From: Octopus vulgaris
Lineage: Eukaryota
Length of the DNA stretch: 64,000 nucleotides
Direction of reading: 5' to 3'
NCBI GenBank assembly: GCA_951406725.2
Contig: OX597826.1
Coordinates: 84,072,001-84,136,000, forward strand
The notes beneath the pieces are model-generated. The model made no database searches, was not told the DNA's origin, and saw only the letters and a list, made by a program, of their open reading frames with translations. How positions within the stretch are numbered: position 1 is the first letter of the stretch; each line of letters begins with the position of its first letter. Of this stretch, positions 63,994-64,000 are shown one piece after another. Made by a program: the position numbers and the translations under genes.

Positions 63994-64000
63994 ATAATAT

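Overview
AT-rich, repeat-dense animal genomic DNA. The SINE/RTE repertoire looks like octopus (coleoid cephalopod); this is an inference from recalled repeat families. The only host gene is a + strand calpain-15/SOL (small optic lobes)-like cysteine protease. Eleven GT-AG exons between 430 and 49802 splice into one open frame of 1710 nt (569 aa plus stop). It has an intact Cys/His/Asn triad and the C-terminal SOL-homology domain; its 5' exons lie upstream of the window. A probable 3'UTR intron and a long TE-free terminal exon follow. Introns and the downstream region are filled with nested elements: at least two RTE LINE families, several L1/Tx1-like LINEs (one ORF1-only), CR1 and R4/Dong-like fragments, tRNA-head SINEs, a long-TIR foldback element, a Helitron, a piggyBac MITE, a full-length GC-rich Tc1 and a small 18S rRNA fragment. 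The most notable observations are five: a ~460-bp near-perfect palindrome carrying hammerhead-like cores; a PHD finger inserted inside RTE reverse transcriptases; a divergent SOL calpain whose deviations are often A-to-G restorable, with catalytic exons bracketed by inverted repeats; an ORF1-only LINE inserted in a SINE tRNA head; and a pre-miRNA-like hairpin. Nothing prokaryotic and no CRISPR array was seen.
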